This document shows positions 50,004-63,867 of a stretch of 64,000 nt of DNA, one piece after another. The translations under genes were made by a program, and so were the position numbers. The notes below the pieces were generated by a model. It did no database searches, was not told where the DNA came from, and was given only the letters and a program-made list of their open reading frames with translations. The DNA is from Anolis carolinensis. Its lineage: Eukaryota. The number at the start of each line of letters is the position of its first letter. Position 1 is the first letter of the stretch. The stretch spans positions 13,717,955 through 13,781,954 of the forward strand of contig NC_085843.1 in the NCBI RefSeq assembly GCF_035594765.1. Direction: 5' to 3'.

Positions 50004-53000
50004 CTTAGGTCCAGTGGAAGGAGGGGGGAAGAAAGCTGGGACCAACTCCCTTATTAAAGTTGCAGGGCTGCACTTGATCTGGGGAGGCGATCCTCTTACT
50101 CCAGCGACACCACAAACAGCATCCCTCCTTCTCAATGCCAAGCTCTCCCCAGCAGAGTTAACCCCCCCCCCCTTCCACCACTCATATACACACACACACA
50201 TATTTCACCGTCTCCATTATGGATGCAATACACAAACCACTTAGGCTGGCGTGTGCATTACAAAGCAGATTACTTGGAAGGGAGTCACTTTCCAGTCAAT
50301 AGGACTTGCTTCCAGATCATGTGTTTGATCAGAGGGTTAATATCGAAGCATCAAGGAGAATTCTCTTCCAGCCTATCCTACACACTTCACAATTTACAAA
50401 TATCTTCACATTTGACATGGAGATGACTGGAAAGGCCATGGGTTCTTTACATTGCTGAAAGTGGAATAAAATCAAGTTGACAGAGCGAGGAAACCTCAGT
50501 TGGTCTTGGAGGCCTTATTTCCTCATCTGGGACCCTCTTGGGGCCAGACACACTTCAAAACTGGGAGGTGAACAAGGGGCATCTCTGGTTTTGAGGATTT
50601 TTTAAAAAAAGGGCCTATAATCTGTTGACAAGATTAACTAGCTCTTCTTGAAGGAGGGCAAGTTCTGTCTTTCTCTGATTTTAAGGAGAAACTAAGCTCA
50701 GTCTGTCACTACACACTTAAAACTTCACATTTGTTTTCTTAAGGTGAGTCTAAATCAGGTCTCTATAACCTGTGGCTCTCCGGATGTTTTCAATTTCAGC
50801 TCCCAGGATTCCTGAGCACAACCAGGAAAGCCCTCTGCATCTTCCTGGTCACAAAGGCCAGGATATCAACACAGGATAATCCTAATGACCAGGAGCTTAC
50901 ATGAAGCTCCGCATCTGGCTGCTGGTGGTGATGGCAATACAGAAGGTGAGCTGATGGTACAGTGAGACTGATTGTCTGTGCTGGACCATGTGTACTCCAA
51001 CCCAACATTGCAACAAGTTCAGTACAGAACATATGGCCACCTCTAAAACCACTCCAGAGCATTTTTGCTCAAGACTGGTCTCAGATTTACCATCCATTGT
51101 AGACTAGCCCCAAGACTGAGAATGAACTAAGCAAATCTGATTTTATGATTTTCTTTTCCCAACCAGTTGCCAAATTCAATATGAACAACAGCATGGATGT
51201 GATTATGTTATAGTGGTCTTCTCAGTTAAAGAGGAGGATGTTAGGGAAAAGATCCCAAAAAGCATGATAGGAACCCTAATTTTATACTCAAACGTGTATT
51301 TAAAGACATCTGTCTAGATGGATAAACCAGTATAATTTTTACTTGATTTAACTGATAAAGAAACATGAAGATATTTGTAAAGTTCTTGTCCAAAGAAGGA
51401 AGAGGAGAAAGAAATCACCAGCTAACTGTTGCAGACTGAACCACATCTGCGGTTTTGACTTTTGGGGATTTGATTATTTGCAAATTTGATTTCAAATGTT
51501 CCCTCTAGCAATCTCTAGGGGCCCTTCTACACTGCCATATCTGAACTGGATTATATGGCAGTGTAGCTTAGGCCCTCCAATGGAATTCTATGATCAGACT
51601 CCAGTGCAAGGTGACCAAAAAGTCATTCTAGAATACCTATTTTCCACTTTTATGGTAATCCTGTCCCCCAGTGGATGTGGAAAGGCTGCCTGTAATTCAG
51701 AAGACAGCAGTCTTCTTTCCTGGTCTCTCAAGAGCTCAAAAAGACCATGGTTAGCCAACTACCAGGCTTGGAAAGTGAACTTCCTGTGGAGTCACAAGTG
51801 AGCAGCGAAGGAGGGATGCTGCTGTTTGTTTTCCGTCAATACAAAGCACATTCCACTTCACTTGGAGAGCATCAGTTTTAACAACTGTATCAGCAACCAC
51901 AGTTCCAGGAGTATGATGATGCTTTAATTGTCATGGAGCCACCCTGCAGATTCCTGGGATTTGCAAACTCTTCAGTATTTCCCAAAGGAAAACCAGGCTA
52001 CATGTGGCCAAGCAGCATCGGGTTTGGTCAAGATGGCAAATGTTAGGAGAGACTGCAGCAGTTTGCTTTTGACTCACCTGACTAAATCCCCACTAGGAGA
52101 AAGGTGTGGTATACATTAAGGTGATGATGATGATGATGATGATGATGGGAAGGGCAAGATTATCATTTCCTCTCAACCTTCCTCTTCTGCTTTAGTTAAC
52201 TGAGGCCCCTTCCAGACAGCTGTATAAAATCCACATTGAACTGGATTATACAACAGTGTGGACTCAGATAGCCCCGTTTAAAGCAGATATTGTGGATTAT
52301 CTACTTTGGTATACTTGGTTATATGTCTGTGTAGAAAGGCCCTGAGTGCAAACTACTTTTGCACTTGGAACTAAATTTGTAGCAACTAAGACCCTTCTAG
52401 ACTGCCATATAATATCTCGATTATCTGCTTTGAATTGGATTATATGACAGTGTAGACACCTAATAAAATTCAAAGCAGATAATGTGGATTATCTACTTTG
52501 ATAATCTGTGTGGAAGGAGCCTATGATAAAATGAGGGCTAAACACGGGAAAGTGAGAGAAGGAAAGAGTCATGGGAACATTTAAAATGTGGCTGAAAAAA
52601 GTGGAATGACAGAGGACTGATGGGGACTAATCCTGCCAATTTGGGACACTTGAAGAGTATGGATTGGGATCCAATGTGAGAGATTTATAACATTATAGTT
52701 CAAAGAGGGGCACTAAAGTTTATCTGACAACATAGGCATTTAAACAAACTACAAATCCAATTCAGTGGAGGCACAACATTGCCCAGATGTATACAGTATC
52801 CAGATTTATGCAAAGTAAGACCTACATTTTCTCATTGGACTCATTCAAGCATTGATAACTTGGCAAGTTAACATTATGTAAATTTCATTGGTTAAATGTG
52901 GGGATAACATGAGGATTTAGACTGCTTAATTAATTGATTAACTAATTGTAAGTATCAAGTAATGACAAACTATAGTTCTCTGTAATGACTATTCACATTT

Positions 53001-53233
53001 AAAGTATGAGTCCCTTATTCATGAACTCAATGTCCAAAGTTTCAGATACAGTTGTTCATACTTTCAGCTATCCCCATGGGTATCTTGGAATGTATTCCCC
53101 ATGGTCATATTGTACTTAGGAGGAGGAGCAGCAGCATTTCTTTATGCACCATCATAGCATTTACAAGTAAGATAACCAAAAACACTAGATCTTGCCAAGG
53201 GCATAAAAACTAAAATTATTATTATTAGTAGTA

Positions 53234-53556
53234 CAGTAAAGTCTCACTTATCCAAGCTAAATCGGCCAGCAGAACCTTGGATAAGCGAATATCTTGGATA
53301 ATAAGGAGGGATTAAGGAAAAGCCTATTAAACATCAAATTAGGTTATGATTTTACAAATTAAGCACCAAAGCATCATGTTATACAACAAATTTGACAGAA
53401 AAAGTAGTTCAATATATAGTAATGTTATGTTGTAATTACTGTATTTACAAATTTAGCACCAAAATATCACGATATATTGAAAACATTAACTACAAAAATG
53501 CATTGGATAATACAGAAGCTTGGATAAGCGAGTCTTGGATAAGTGAAACTCTACTG
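53234..53556. mobile_element. Tc1/mariner-type MITE
   Basis: TA-flanked TIR cagta.agtctcacttatccaag / cttggataagtgaaactctactg; partial relative at ~28540-28883. Confidence 0.85.
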
Positions 53557-55042
53557 TAGTAATATTCATATTTATATCCCACTTTTTCTCTCCCAAAGGA
53601 TAGAGCAAAGGAAAAAAAATTAATATAAAAATACAATACAATCTCAAAATAAAGTATTGAGATAAAATACAAAAAAGTACAATCCGGTATGAAACAAACT
53701 GACAAATACATGTGATCAAAACATATAGTATTTATAAAACAATATCAAATTTATTTCTGCTGTCACTGACTTAGGGCCCATCTATACTGTCATATAATGC
53801 AGTTTGACTCATATAATGTAGTTTAACTGCATTATATGAGTCTATGATGACCATATAATCCAGTTTCAAATTGCATTATATGGCAGTGTAGATGGGGCCA
53901 TTGAATCGTGGGAACTGAAATCTGGAACATCATCAGATTTGGTAAAACCTCACTAGTCAAAGTGACTCATGAAAGAATAGAGTACGAATAGCATTTATCT
54001 CTGAGGCTTTAAGAGTCATCAGTTCCAAGCAATGCTGTGTAGTAAATATTAAATTAACATGTCATCTTTGGTGCTGACCTCACAGAGGTTCAGTATTACT
54101 ACCATATTCCCATTTGAAATATGAAAACACAGAGGGAGTGATGCTAAAGCAGGAATTACCAAAATGTGTTAGAAAAAACAGCGTACAGAAAACCGTGCGA
54201 TAAAGGACAAATTTGAACCTAATGTCTCTCCCTAATTCTCTAAGCAGCTGGAAACCATCATTAAGGCTGCTGCCTTTTATTTCCTTAGAAAATCTTCTAC
54301 ACTTTTAAGATCTGTAGAATAGATGGAAATTTATTTGTACAATAGATAGAAATTCAGAACCAAAATGCAATGCTGAAGATAAGGCAGGGGTGAAATCTTC
54401 AGCTCCCATCATTCATTACTAATGAATATGTTGGGTGAATGCTGCAGAGAACTCCAAATTGCCTTTTACTGTACTAAAAGAGTCAAGCCTTCTTGGAGGG
54501 AAGATCACAGTTTGTAAAATAAGCAAGAATCTTGGTTATCTACACGGAGTTGCCAAATTTTTAATTCCTTGCCTTAGAAAGCAACCTGCCTGAACCTCAA
54601 AAATCAAGCCACTGAAGCTTTCTCTGTTACCTACATCTCTATGCCAAACAAAACTTCATCTCCTAAATTTCTGTGTTTCAGGCTGCTGGGTCAGGAATGG
54701 GACTTGAGCCAATTTAAAAGCTGGCAACCTCACCAGCTGCTTACTACAAGGGTTTTAATGCTGAGGAATACGTTTCACCTAGTGCCTGGATTTGTTGTTC
54801 TTCCAAGCGGTTCATTTCTTCCTGCTGTATGGTGGATTTTGATTAGAGCAATACTGCACATGTAGCAAGTGCAACCTCCTTTATTTCCATGATTGCTATA
54901 GTTCCAAGAAACACAAGTGGCTATTTAACTGGTACTCAAACAAACATATACACAGATTTATAGAACAACGAATTACTGCAAGTTGAATAAATAAATAAAT
55001 AAGCAATGAGCATTTCACCAATGGGGATGTGATATTTTTTGT

Positions 55043-55540
55043 ATTGTCGAAGGCTTTCATGGCTGGAATCACTGGGTTGTTGTGAGTACCAGAGAAGCCA
55101 CTGAAATACACAAGCATGTGGACAATTTCAACAGAAAGGAGAAAACCATGAAAATGAACAAAATCTGGCTACCAGTATTTAACAAAAAACTCTAAAATCA
55201 GAACAGTAAATAAAGATCAAGACTTAAAAAGCAGGGGAATTGCAGACAAGAATCAATCAGGGCCAGCTAACACCTCCCAACAAAGGATTCCCCGAAGCAG
55301 CTACCAGCCAGGCCTTGAAATTATGTGTCATTAAAATGCTAATCAAGATGGCAAATTGCAACATTCACACATATCTCAAGCAGACGAGAGTTGTTTCCCC
55401 CACTCTGGACATTTCACAGATATATAAACCTCACTTACTTTGTTTCCAACAGACCCCTCAGCCTTTGAGGATGCCTGCCATAGGAGCAACTGCTTCTGGA
55501 ACATGGCCATACAGCCCGGAAAACTCACAACAATCCAGTG
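55043..55540 (+). mobile_element. Penelope-like element 3' end with inverted pLTR stub
   Basis: C-terminal endonuclease-region remnant (REA.EIHKHVDNFNRKE..MKMNKIWLPV), pLTR and a short inverted arm at 55043-55087; flanked by direct repeat gtgatatttttt. Confidence 0.8.
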
Positions 55541-57404
55541 ATATTTTTTATTTGGTAGGCTAAACCATAATAGCTAAATTTGGGGCTGTTGTGCATTATA
55601 CTTATCATGATATGACCTGCCTCATTGGGAAAAGCAGCAATGCTCAGTAATGTGGAAGGCAGAAGAAAAGGAAGGCCACACTATAGGCGGATTGCTTCCA
55701 TCAAAGGCTGCACTTTTAAGAGGTCTGCAGGACAGGCGGCAACTCGTTCCTAGTGATGCCATATGTTGAAGTTGACTTGATGGCAAATCATAGCAAGGTG
55801 TGCATCTACACCAGTCTTTCATAACATGTGACCCTCCAGGTGTTTTGAACTTCTGTTCCCAGAATTCCTATTGGACAAGTTGGCTTTGGCTCCTGGGAGA
55901 GTTCCAAACACCTGAAGGACCACAAGTTGTCCAGGACTGATCTACACTGTCTGTTCAATGGAGTTTGACATCACTAACTACCAGGATTCTGTGGAATGCA
56001 CTAGCACTCTTTGTCACAGAAGGCAAAAAACCTTCATGGCAGCAACACAACCAGGAGTACAACAGACTCCTCAGCTTGAAAATTGAACAAGAGCACCTCC
56101 CCATGGCCAGAGTTGAGCACCGCTTCCAGAAAGCTGGATGAAAGGGGAAGTCTTGATCTTTGTTCTGTGTATGTGTATGTCATTGTTATGTCTACTGTAT
56201 TAAAGGCATTGAATGTTTGTCTACCTGTGTATGTTTAATCCGCTCTGAGTCCCCTCAGGGAGATAGGGCGGAATATAAATAAATTGCTGCTGTTGTTGAT
56301 GTTGTTGATGTTGTTGTTGTAAGACTAAGTGTTGGAATCACAGACGGGCCAGACTTAAAAGTGTTTTTACTGTTTGTAAAGTTACTCACAGGCTCTACTA
56401 CAACACTAAAATTCCCATGGTTCCATAACTCTAGACCATAGTGTCAAGCTGCATTAGTTCCACAGTGCACCCAAAGGCTGTCAAATACTTTTTGGCATAA
56501 ATGTATTGCAAAGGTCATTTTGGTATCTACAGGTTTTTAATGGTTTCTTCCTTAGTCTCATATCTAGAAAATACTAACCTAAACTGAATACAGGCAGTTA
56601 TCTGATACAAAGTCAGATTTTATCCCTGGTTATCTGCACGGACTGGAGGCAGCTCTCCACAGACTGCCTCTTTTCCCTCCCTCTAAGTCAGATGGTGATG
56701 ATGACAACGACAACAATGATGACTTCTCACTATATACTTCTCTAAAATGTGCACAAATAGACTTTGTTCAGTTTGGCATGCATCCATTAATATGTCCATT
56801 TGAAAAATTTACTCATCCTTCCACCTCAAAGGCTGCTTCTGCCATGCTGACAATGCCAATGCAGTCTAGACCTTCAAGTTGAAATACAGGCCTCCAGACA
56901 GTAGAAGTCAATTTGCTCTCACTATCATCACTCGGAGGCCTTACAAGTCCTACTGAGAGTATAGTTGGCTTCTCCATTGCCAACCAAGCTATGATAAGTC
57001 TGTCTGAGGAAGTGAAATCCTTTGTCTGTTTCTAAGGATTTATATTACTGCTGCTGACATGTCTCGTGACTCAGGGCCTGCCTTCTCAAGCCAAAACCTC
57101 CAGGCTTGCTGTGAATGAGAAAGGCTATCTGTCTTCATGATGTAGAGCTACTTCCTGTGACTATCACAAGTTTTTTTAGCTTTAAACCTACCCAACTAGT
57201 TGAAAGCATGAATTTTAAAGTCATGTCCTGTGTTTTGGTCTCTTTCTTGCATGATTAATGTGTATTTTACAAAACTGCTTTGATATATATCTTTTATGGA
57301 ACTGCATTTTAATATGTGTGTTTGTAGAATTTTTATAGTATTTATGTGTTTTTGACTGTGCTGTGACCCACTTTGAATTATGGGGAGAGGCAAGTAAGAA
57401 ATAA

Positions 57405-57523
57405 AATTATTATTATTGACACAATGACATAGTATGACACAGCAAACAAGATAGATGTGCTGGATTTCATATCACAAAATCACAAGTTGAACACTTCCCA
57501 AGCGTTTAGGACTGTGTGATGTA

Positions 57524-57581
<58 letters not shown>
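57405..57581 (-). mobile_element. Very short R4/Dong 3' end in (TAA)n
   Basis: Reverse complement of tacatcacacagtccta...3'UTR, abutting (TTA)n. Confidence 0.85.
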
Positions 57582-57582
<1 letters not shown>

Positions 57583-58400
57583 CAACTTTATTCGATTTCA
57601 GGCAACATAGGGGGATGCTATGGCATTTGCTTGAAACTCCAGAGTATCCCACAGTTTTGTGATACTCTAAGCATCCTGACTGGGTCTGATTCAGCATGAT
57701 TCATTGTCCAAACAGGGTACCAGTGTCATCATCCTTTCTATCAACACAGAGAAATGGGATGGATTGTATTCATGCCACCACTGCTCCTTGCTGTCCACAA
57801 AGCTCTGTGAGACTGAATCCTCACTGCTATATATCCCAGAATCATATTCCACATTATCTGCTTTGAACTGGATTATATGAGTCCTCATTTCCAGACAATC
57901 TGGAATAAGTAGATAGCCTGGGATCAGATCCTGGGATATAAGGACAGCATAGATCCAGCCTGAGAGCTCCTAACAATCATGGGCATCTTTGCTGACATCA
58001 GAAGGGGGCATCCACACAGCCAGGAAGAAGAAGGAGCAGTATTTCAGGGTGGCTTGGCTGTGAACAGGCAATGAAGACTAATTAGCTTTACAAAAGATCT
58101 GCTCCTGGGAGAGTGGAAAGAAACTAACACTGGTTTCTTGATATGAATCAACAGCACAGCCTACAATTCTGAATTCTCCTTCATGGAGACTGTCATGACA
58201 CAAGCTTGCACACTAGAATGTTCTGCTCCATCACTGCCCACATCTACCCAAATAACAGAAACTTCTATGGTCAGTGAGGTAAGTCCTACTCAGCCTACAA
58301 GTAACAAGGTGTTTGCTTTTTTTGCAGCATGTGTTTGCAAATATATCTGGCCTCTCTTGTTCCTTGGTAAAATGTGCATCTGAACAAATAGATTGTGCAT

Positions 58401-59507
58401 TAGACGTGTGCATGATATATGTTTCCTTTGTTTCCTTCATACATTCGTTTTATGTCGACCGTTCATCTACACAAAACAAATGACGACATTTTCATACAAA
58501 ATGAGAGGTGACATAGAAATGAAAGCTGCACATTCATCATGCTTGCTTTTGTTTTCTGGCCACATGGCCTCTATGCCTGCAGTTCACTTCTTCATACGTC
58601 AGAGAAGGAGGCAGGGAGGAGATGATCCTTGGCCAATCGGAGGCCAAGGAATCACTGAAGTGGGCTGGGCAGGGAGGGCAGGGAGGGTATATAAGGGGGG
58701 GACTGCTCCAAAAGCAGCCATTGCTGCTGGTGGTGCTGGGTGCTGGGGCTGGCTGTGGGTTTCTGTTGCTATGTCTCCGCTTGGATTGCCTTGGCTTGCC
58801 TTTTTCCTTTTGTGCCTTGCCTTTCTGGTGGGGACACTGAGAATGGGATTTTGGGTTTGGGGTTTTGCCTGGCTGCTTGCCTTATTTTAATTTTTTCCTT
58901 TCCTTGTTGTCTCCCCTTCTCTGTTTATCTCACTGGCTCTTTATGTATTGCCTGCCTGCCATGGCTAGATTATGAGGAACATTTTCTTGCCCACCCAAAG
59001 GATGAGCAAAAAGACTTTGAAGGAGTTGCTTGATGTTGTAATATTTTTATTAAGAAGTGAAATCTTGGGGCTAGGCACCGGGCTATGTGGATGGTGTTTC
59101 TGAGGAGCATCTTTCCCATTTGGCTGGCTGGCAGCTCCCCGGCCTCCTTTTGCTGCTGCAGAAGTTAAGATGGCCTGGCCAGCTGCGAGGAAAAGGGAAT
59201 GCTTTAATAGAGGATTTTATTTATAAAAAGGAAAAAAAATGCTAGGAAAGACCCAAACGTTTAAAAAGTTGGTGGGCTAAAAAGGGTCGATATGCCCTCA
59301 GTATACAGTGATTTTCATCCCTTTAGCCCTAAATCTGAGCAAGGTGTGAGCATCAGAAGCCCTCCCATTGCCGCCAATGGCACAAAATTTTTAATTTTTA
59401 GTAAGCAAGACGAAAATTCTATTCATATAGAAATAAATATGAAAATGAGACAAAGCAAATGAAACTGCACAAAACGAACAGCAATTCCATACAAATGCAC
59501 AACACTA
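58401..59507. mobile_element. Non-autonomous hAT-like DNA transposon (1107 bp)
   Basis: Degenerate TIR tagacgtgtgca / tgcacaacacta with a perfect 8-bp TSD TTGTGCAT (58393-58400 / 59508-59515). Confidence 0.7.
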
Positions 59508-59861
59508 TTGTGCATCTATCTTATACCCTGCTCTTTTCCCAATATGGGAAACATTACTTACACTGCAAGTTAAAAATTTATCTTGTAAATTGAAGAGTAT
59601 GCCGTGTTTGTGGAGTTTGTTTCCAATGTGTACCAAATGCACCTGAATTTTTTTAGAGGAATTGAAAAAAGTGCAGAGGATATATATTTATTATTTTGCT
59701 ATAAAATGTAATTTTCCAAGCCTTGAATCGAAGTGACTAGATACATTTTGATAGCTTTGATCTGTACATAATAGTCTACTCTTACCGACAATGTACTGCC
59801 ACCTATAAGCACTTTTTCAATATATATTTTTTAGATTTGGTATCTTTTGCAAACAAACAAT

Positions 59862-60250
59862 GTTTAGGCATGTTTAGCCTGCAGAAGAGAAGGCTGAGAG
59901 GAGACGTGATAGCCATGTACAAATACGTGAGGGGAAGTCATAGGGAGGAGGGAGCAAACTTGTTTTCTGCTGCCCTGCAGACTAGGACGCAGAACAATGG
60001 TTTCAAACTACAGGAAAGGAGATTCCAACTGAACATTCGGAAGAAACTCCTCACTGTGAGAGCTGTTCAGCAGTGGAACACCCTGCCCCAGAGTGTGGTG
60101 GAGGCTCCTTCTTTGGAGGTTTTTAAGCAGAAGCTGGATGGCTATCTGTTGGGGGGGGGGGATGCTTTGAATGTGATTTTCCTGCTTCTTGGCAAGGGGT
60201 TGGACTGGATGGTCCACAAGGTCTCTTCCAACGCTATGATTCTATGATTC
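59862..60250 (+). mobile_element. CR1 LINE 3' fragment
   Basis: LGMFSLQKRRLRGDVIAMYKY...; (ctatgatt)2 tail. Confidence 0.92.
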
Positions 60251-61944
60251 TAGAGTTCTTTCTCTTTCTCTCACTTTCCTCCCACTAAATCCTCATTTAA
60301 ATTTAATTGTGGCAAACTGAGTTTAAATTTGAGCAATAGTTTGCATTCTGTTAATGTACTGGGAGAAAAGGAAAGGAAGTGAAAAATCCTTCCTTCCTGG
60401 TAAACACAGCCATATAACCCAAAATATCAAGGCAAGTAATCCGCAATACCTGCTTTGAACTGGGTTATCTGAGTCCACACTGCCCTATAATCCAGATCAA
60501 TGTGGATTTTATACACTGCTGCAGCCTCTCCTAGTTCATCTGTTTTTCCTCTTTAATAACTACAGCTATCTTGACCACACATCTGTGAAATGCATGTAAT
60601 TATATTGAAAGCATTAATTTGCAACTCTTTATAAGGGGCTAAACATAATTATGATTTTAAAAACCAGGGTATAACACAGTTTTAAAACCCCCTCTCTAAT
60701 TGCAATGGTAAAGCAAGATTGAGCCAGCTCAACCTCATGAGAAATAATTCAATGTCATTTCTATTTACAAGATTTCAGAATAATGATAACTAAGTTCAGA
60801 ATGCAGGAAAAGCCTGGGAGGACTTCCTTTTCCAAGGTCTGAAAACAACAGAGATATGCTGAAATATTTTTTATGAACTCTGGCATGTTGGCCAGGCTAG
60901 GCTGAATGGCCTCCCTAAGGGTCCTGGCTGAGCAACAAAGGTTAAAGAGCAGCTTAATGAGTTTTCAGCCAGCTGCTTCATTACTGTCTCATTACGGCTT
61001 ACTTCCACCGAGAATAGCTGGATACACAAATCAACATGCAAAATTAACAAGTTGCATCTTTCAGGCCCAGTGTAATCACTTGTCTCTATCTGTTGACTCC
61101 ATTGAGCTAAAAAGGAAGTCTTACAGAAATAGTTGCTCATGATTTACATTACTTATTGTGGTTGACCCTTCTGGGTGTATGTGGGGGGAAACTGTGGCCC
61201 TGGGACCCCACTTTTGTGGTACCTGAAATCCCTCACCAATTCCCCTCAAGCAACCTGCTGCTCAATTAAAAACAAAATTAGTGTCTCAAGCAATGTCTGC
61301 CCTAAAACTATGCAGAAAGTCTGGAAAATGGGAGAAAACAAACACAAATCCTTCCACTGCTATCCACACACTCCTAAACTCCATATTATCATCAAATATC
61401 CTTGTTTCCTTCTGGAGTTAGTCTGAGAAAGAACACATGAAGTGACATAGAACACTTTTGCAGGAAGTGCAGGAAAAGGCAGAGGTCTTTGGGTTTACAG
61501 TCAGGATGTTGAGCTTCAGAGGGTCTGGAGGTCTGGCCTCTGCCTCTCACATAGTTATACACCTCTGCTTTAGTGTTTAGGAGCAGCCACAACTGTAGCA
61601 AGGAGCAGGTGGTAACACTGATCTCTGCTGTGTTATTTGTACATCAGCCGCCTTTAAAAAATAGACATAGGGTATATTTACAATGCAGAATTAATGTAGT
61701 CTGACAGTACTATAACTGTCATGGCTCAAGGCTATGAAATCATGGGATTTGCAATTTTACAAAAACTTTAGTTTTTTCTGCCAAAGAATGCTGATGGTCA
61801 TCCCATGGTTGTATAGCATGGAGTCATGGTGTCAACATGTTTGAATTCTCACCATCTGGCAAATTTATAAAAGCATTTATCCTGGATCAGGCGGGATTAT
61901 TTGACTTCCATATCAGTGAGATGGAGAATCCATTTCATTTTTTA

Positions 61945-61945
<1 letters not shown>

Positions 61946-62003
<58 letters not shown>
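61946..62003. repeat. (TAA)n microsatellite
   Basis: Directly visible. Confidence 0.95.
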
Positions 62004-62004
<1 letters not shown>

Positions 62005-62446
62005 TATTTATATACCGCCCTGTCTCAGGGACTCAGGGCGGTTTCCAATCATAAAAACAACACATAAATTACATAGCAACACAATAACACACCATCAAGC
62101 AAAGTAAAACAATACAATTTTACAGCAATAAATAACACATGACCTGATCAAGGGGACGGGAACCATAAACCCAATATATTAAAATGTATCATTTTAGTCA
62201 AGATAAATCCTGTGCAATACATTCAGGCCCAGAAATCGGCGGTATTCCAATGTAATTACACACTTTATAGTACATATCCAAAAGACTTTGCCTCTTTGGA
62301 GAATGGGGCTCAGCAACCCAGTTAATGTTTTGAAAGTTCAAGCTGAAACTGGAGAAGATTCTCCACCTTGTTGGAACAGAAACCATCATTTGCCCTTGCT
62401 TGGAGCCTTACTACATAGATTAACTTTGAGCTAGTTTGTGGAATAT

Positions 62447-62447
62447 A

Positions 62448-62510
<63 letters not shown>

Positions 62511-62640
62511 CCAAAAATACATCACACAGTCCTAAACACTTGGGAAGTGTTCGACTTGTGATGTGGTGATATGAAATCCAGCATATATATCTCATTTGCT
62601 GTGTCATACTATGTCTTTGTGTCAATAAAATAATAATAAT
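62447..62640 (+). mobile_element. Very short R4/Dong 3' end in (TAA)n
   Basis: (TAA)n, then aaatacatcacacagtccta plus the Dong 3'UTR, then TAA repeats. Confidence 0.85.
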
Positions 62641-63867
62641 ACGCTTTATTTATATTCCACTTTACCTCTCTGGAGGGACTCAGAGTGGATTACAGTACAC
62701 ATATAGACAAACATTTAATGCCTTTTAAACAGGGAACACAATGTCATACAATACACAGACAAGAAACAGTTGTAGTTTTACTTGTCTCACTGCTATACAA
62801 GTTAAATATTCCTTATCAGAGTATACCTTATACAAATCGCCTGAAGACAATTTAATGCAATATTTTTGATAATTGTGTGTGTATATTAGAAAGCAAATTA
62901 GAAAGCAAAGGGGTCACTTTTCCAGCCAGCCACATGGACAATTTTGGATTTCAAAGTATTTTGGATTTTGAAATTCCAGCTAAGGGATGCTCAACCTGTA
63001 TATGATTGCTTTTAATTCAATTATATTTTATATGAGAGTTTATTACTTGGTTATTTGTTCCTGTGTTTGTATCTGGACCTTTTTGACATTATCTGGATGC
63101 ATGAGGCTGTCCTGGCCATTTTGCGAGAGGGAAGGTGGCAGTCAAATAATCAGTGCATACCGATCCCCATCTTTCTTGACCTTCCAAACTTTTCTGCACA
63201 CAATCCAGCAACAAAGAAAAATTCCCTCTTCTATGCATTGTATACAGGAGACTTCCCCAGTTTCTAGAATCCTGTTCACCAGCCATTCCAGATGCAGCAT
63301 TGTTCACAATTACAACTCCCATGATAGTTGGAAGACAACATGACGATGAAAACATCTTCTAAGAGGGTGTTGACACTGGGCTGATTCCTTCCTGTCAAAC
63401 ATGCATTTCATTGATCTGTATTTGCACTTGCTTATCCTTAAGGAACATCTATACCAACTCAACAGAAAAGTGCTGCTTCTGAGATGATTAGGGTCAATAT
63501 GAAAATCTTCTCTGTAGTGTCAGAGCCACATAGATCTATTCATACTAGCAGATACCTAATTGCTATATATGGCTATCTCTATTGCTGTTGTTAACTGCCA
63601 TCAAGGCAACTTCAACTTATGGTAACCCTATGAATGAGAGCCCTCCAAATTACCCTAACACAACCACCCTGCTAAGTCTTGCAAATTCAGAGTTGTGGCT
63701 TCATTGACTGAGTGTATTCATCTGAGATGCAGTCTTCCACTTTTCCTGCTACCTTCTGCCTTACCAAGGATTTCTAATAAGTCATGTCTTCTCATGATAT
63801 GGTCAAAAAACAATGACCTCAGTTTAGTCATCTTAGCTTCTAGGGAAAGTTCAAACTTGATCTACTT

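Noticed and set aside
58393-58890. 165-aa hydrophobic membrane-protein-like ORF
   Set aside because: Lies in a transposon, starts in the TSD, and its hydrophobicity comes from low-complexity T/G-rich sequence.
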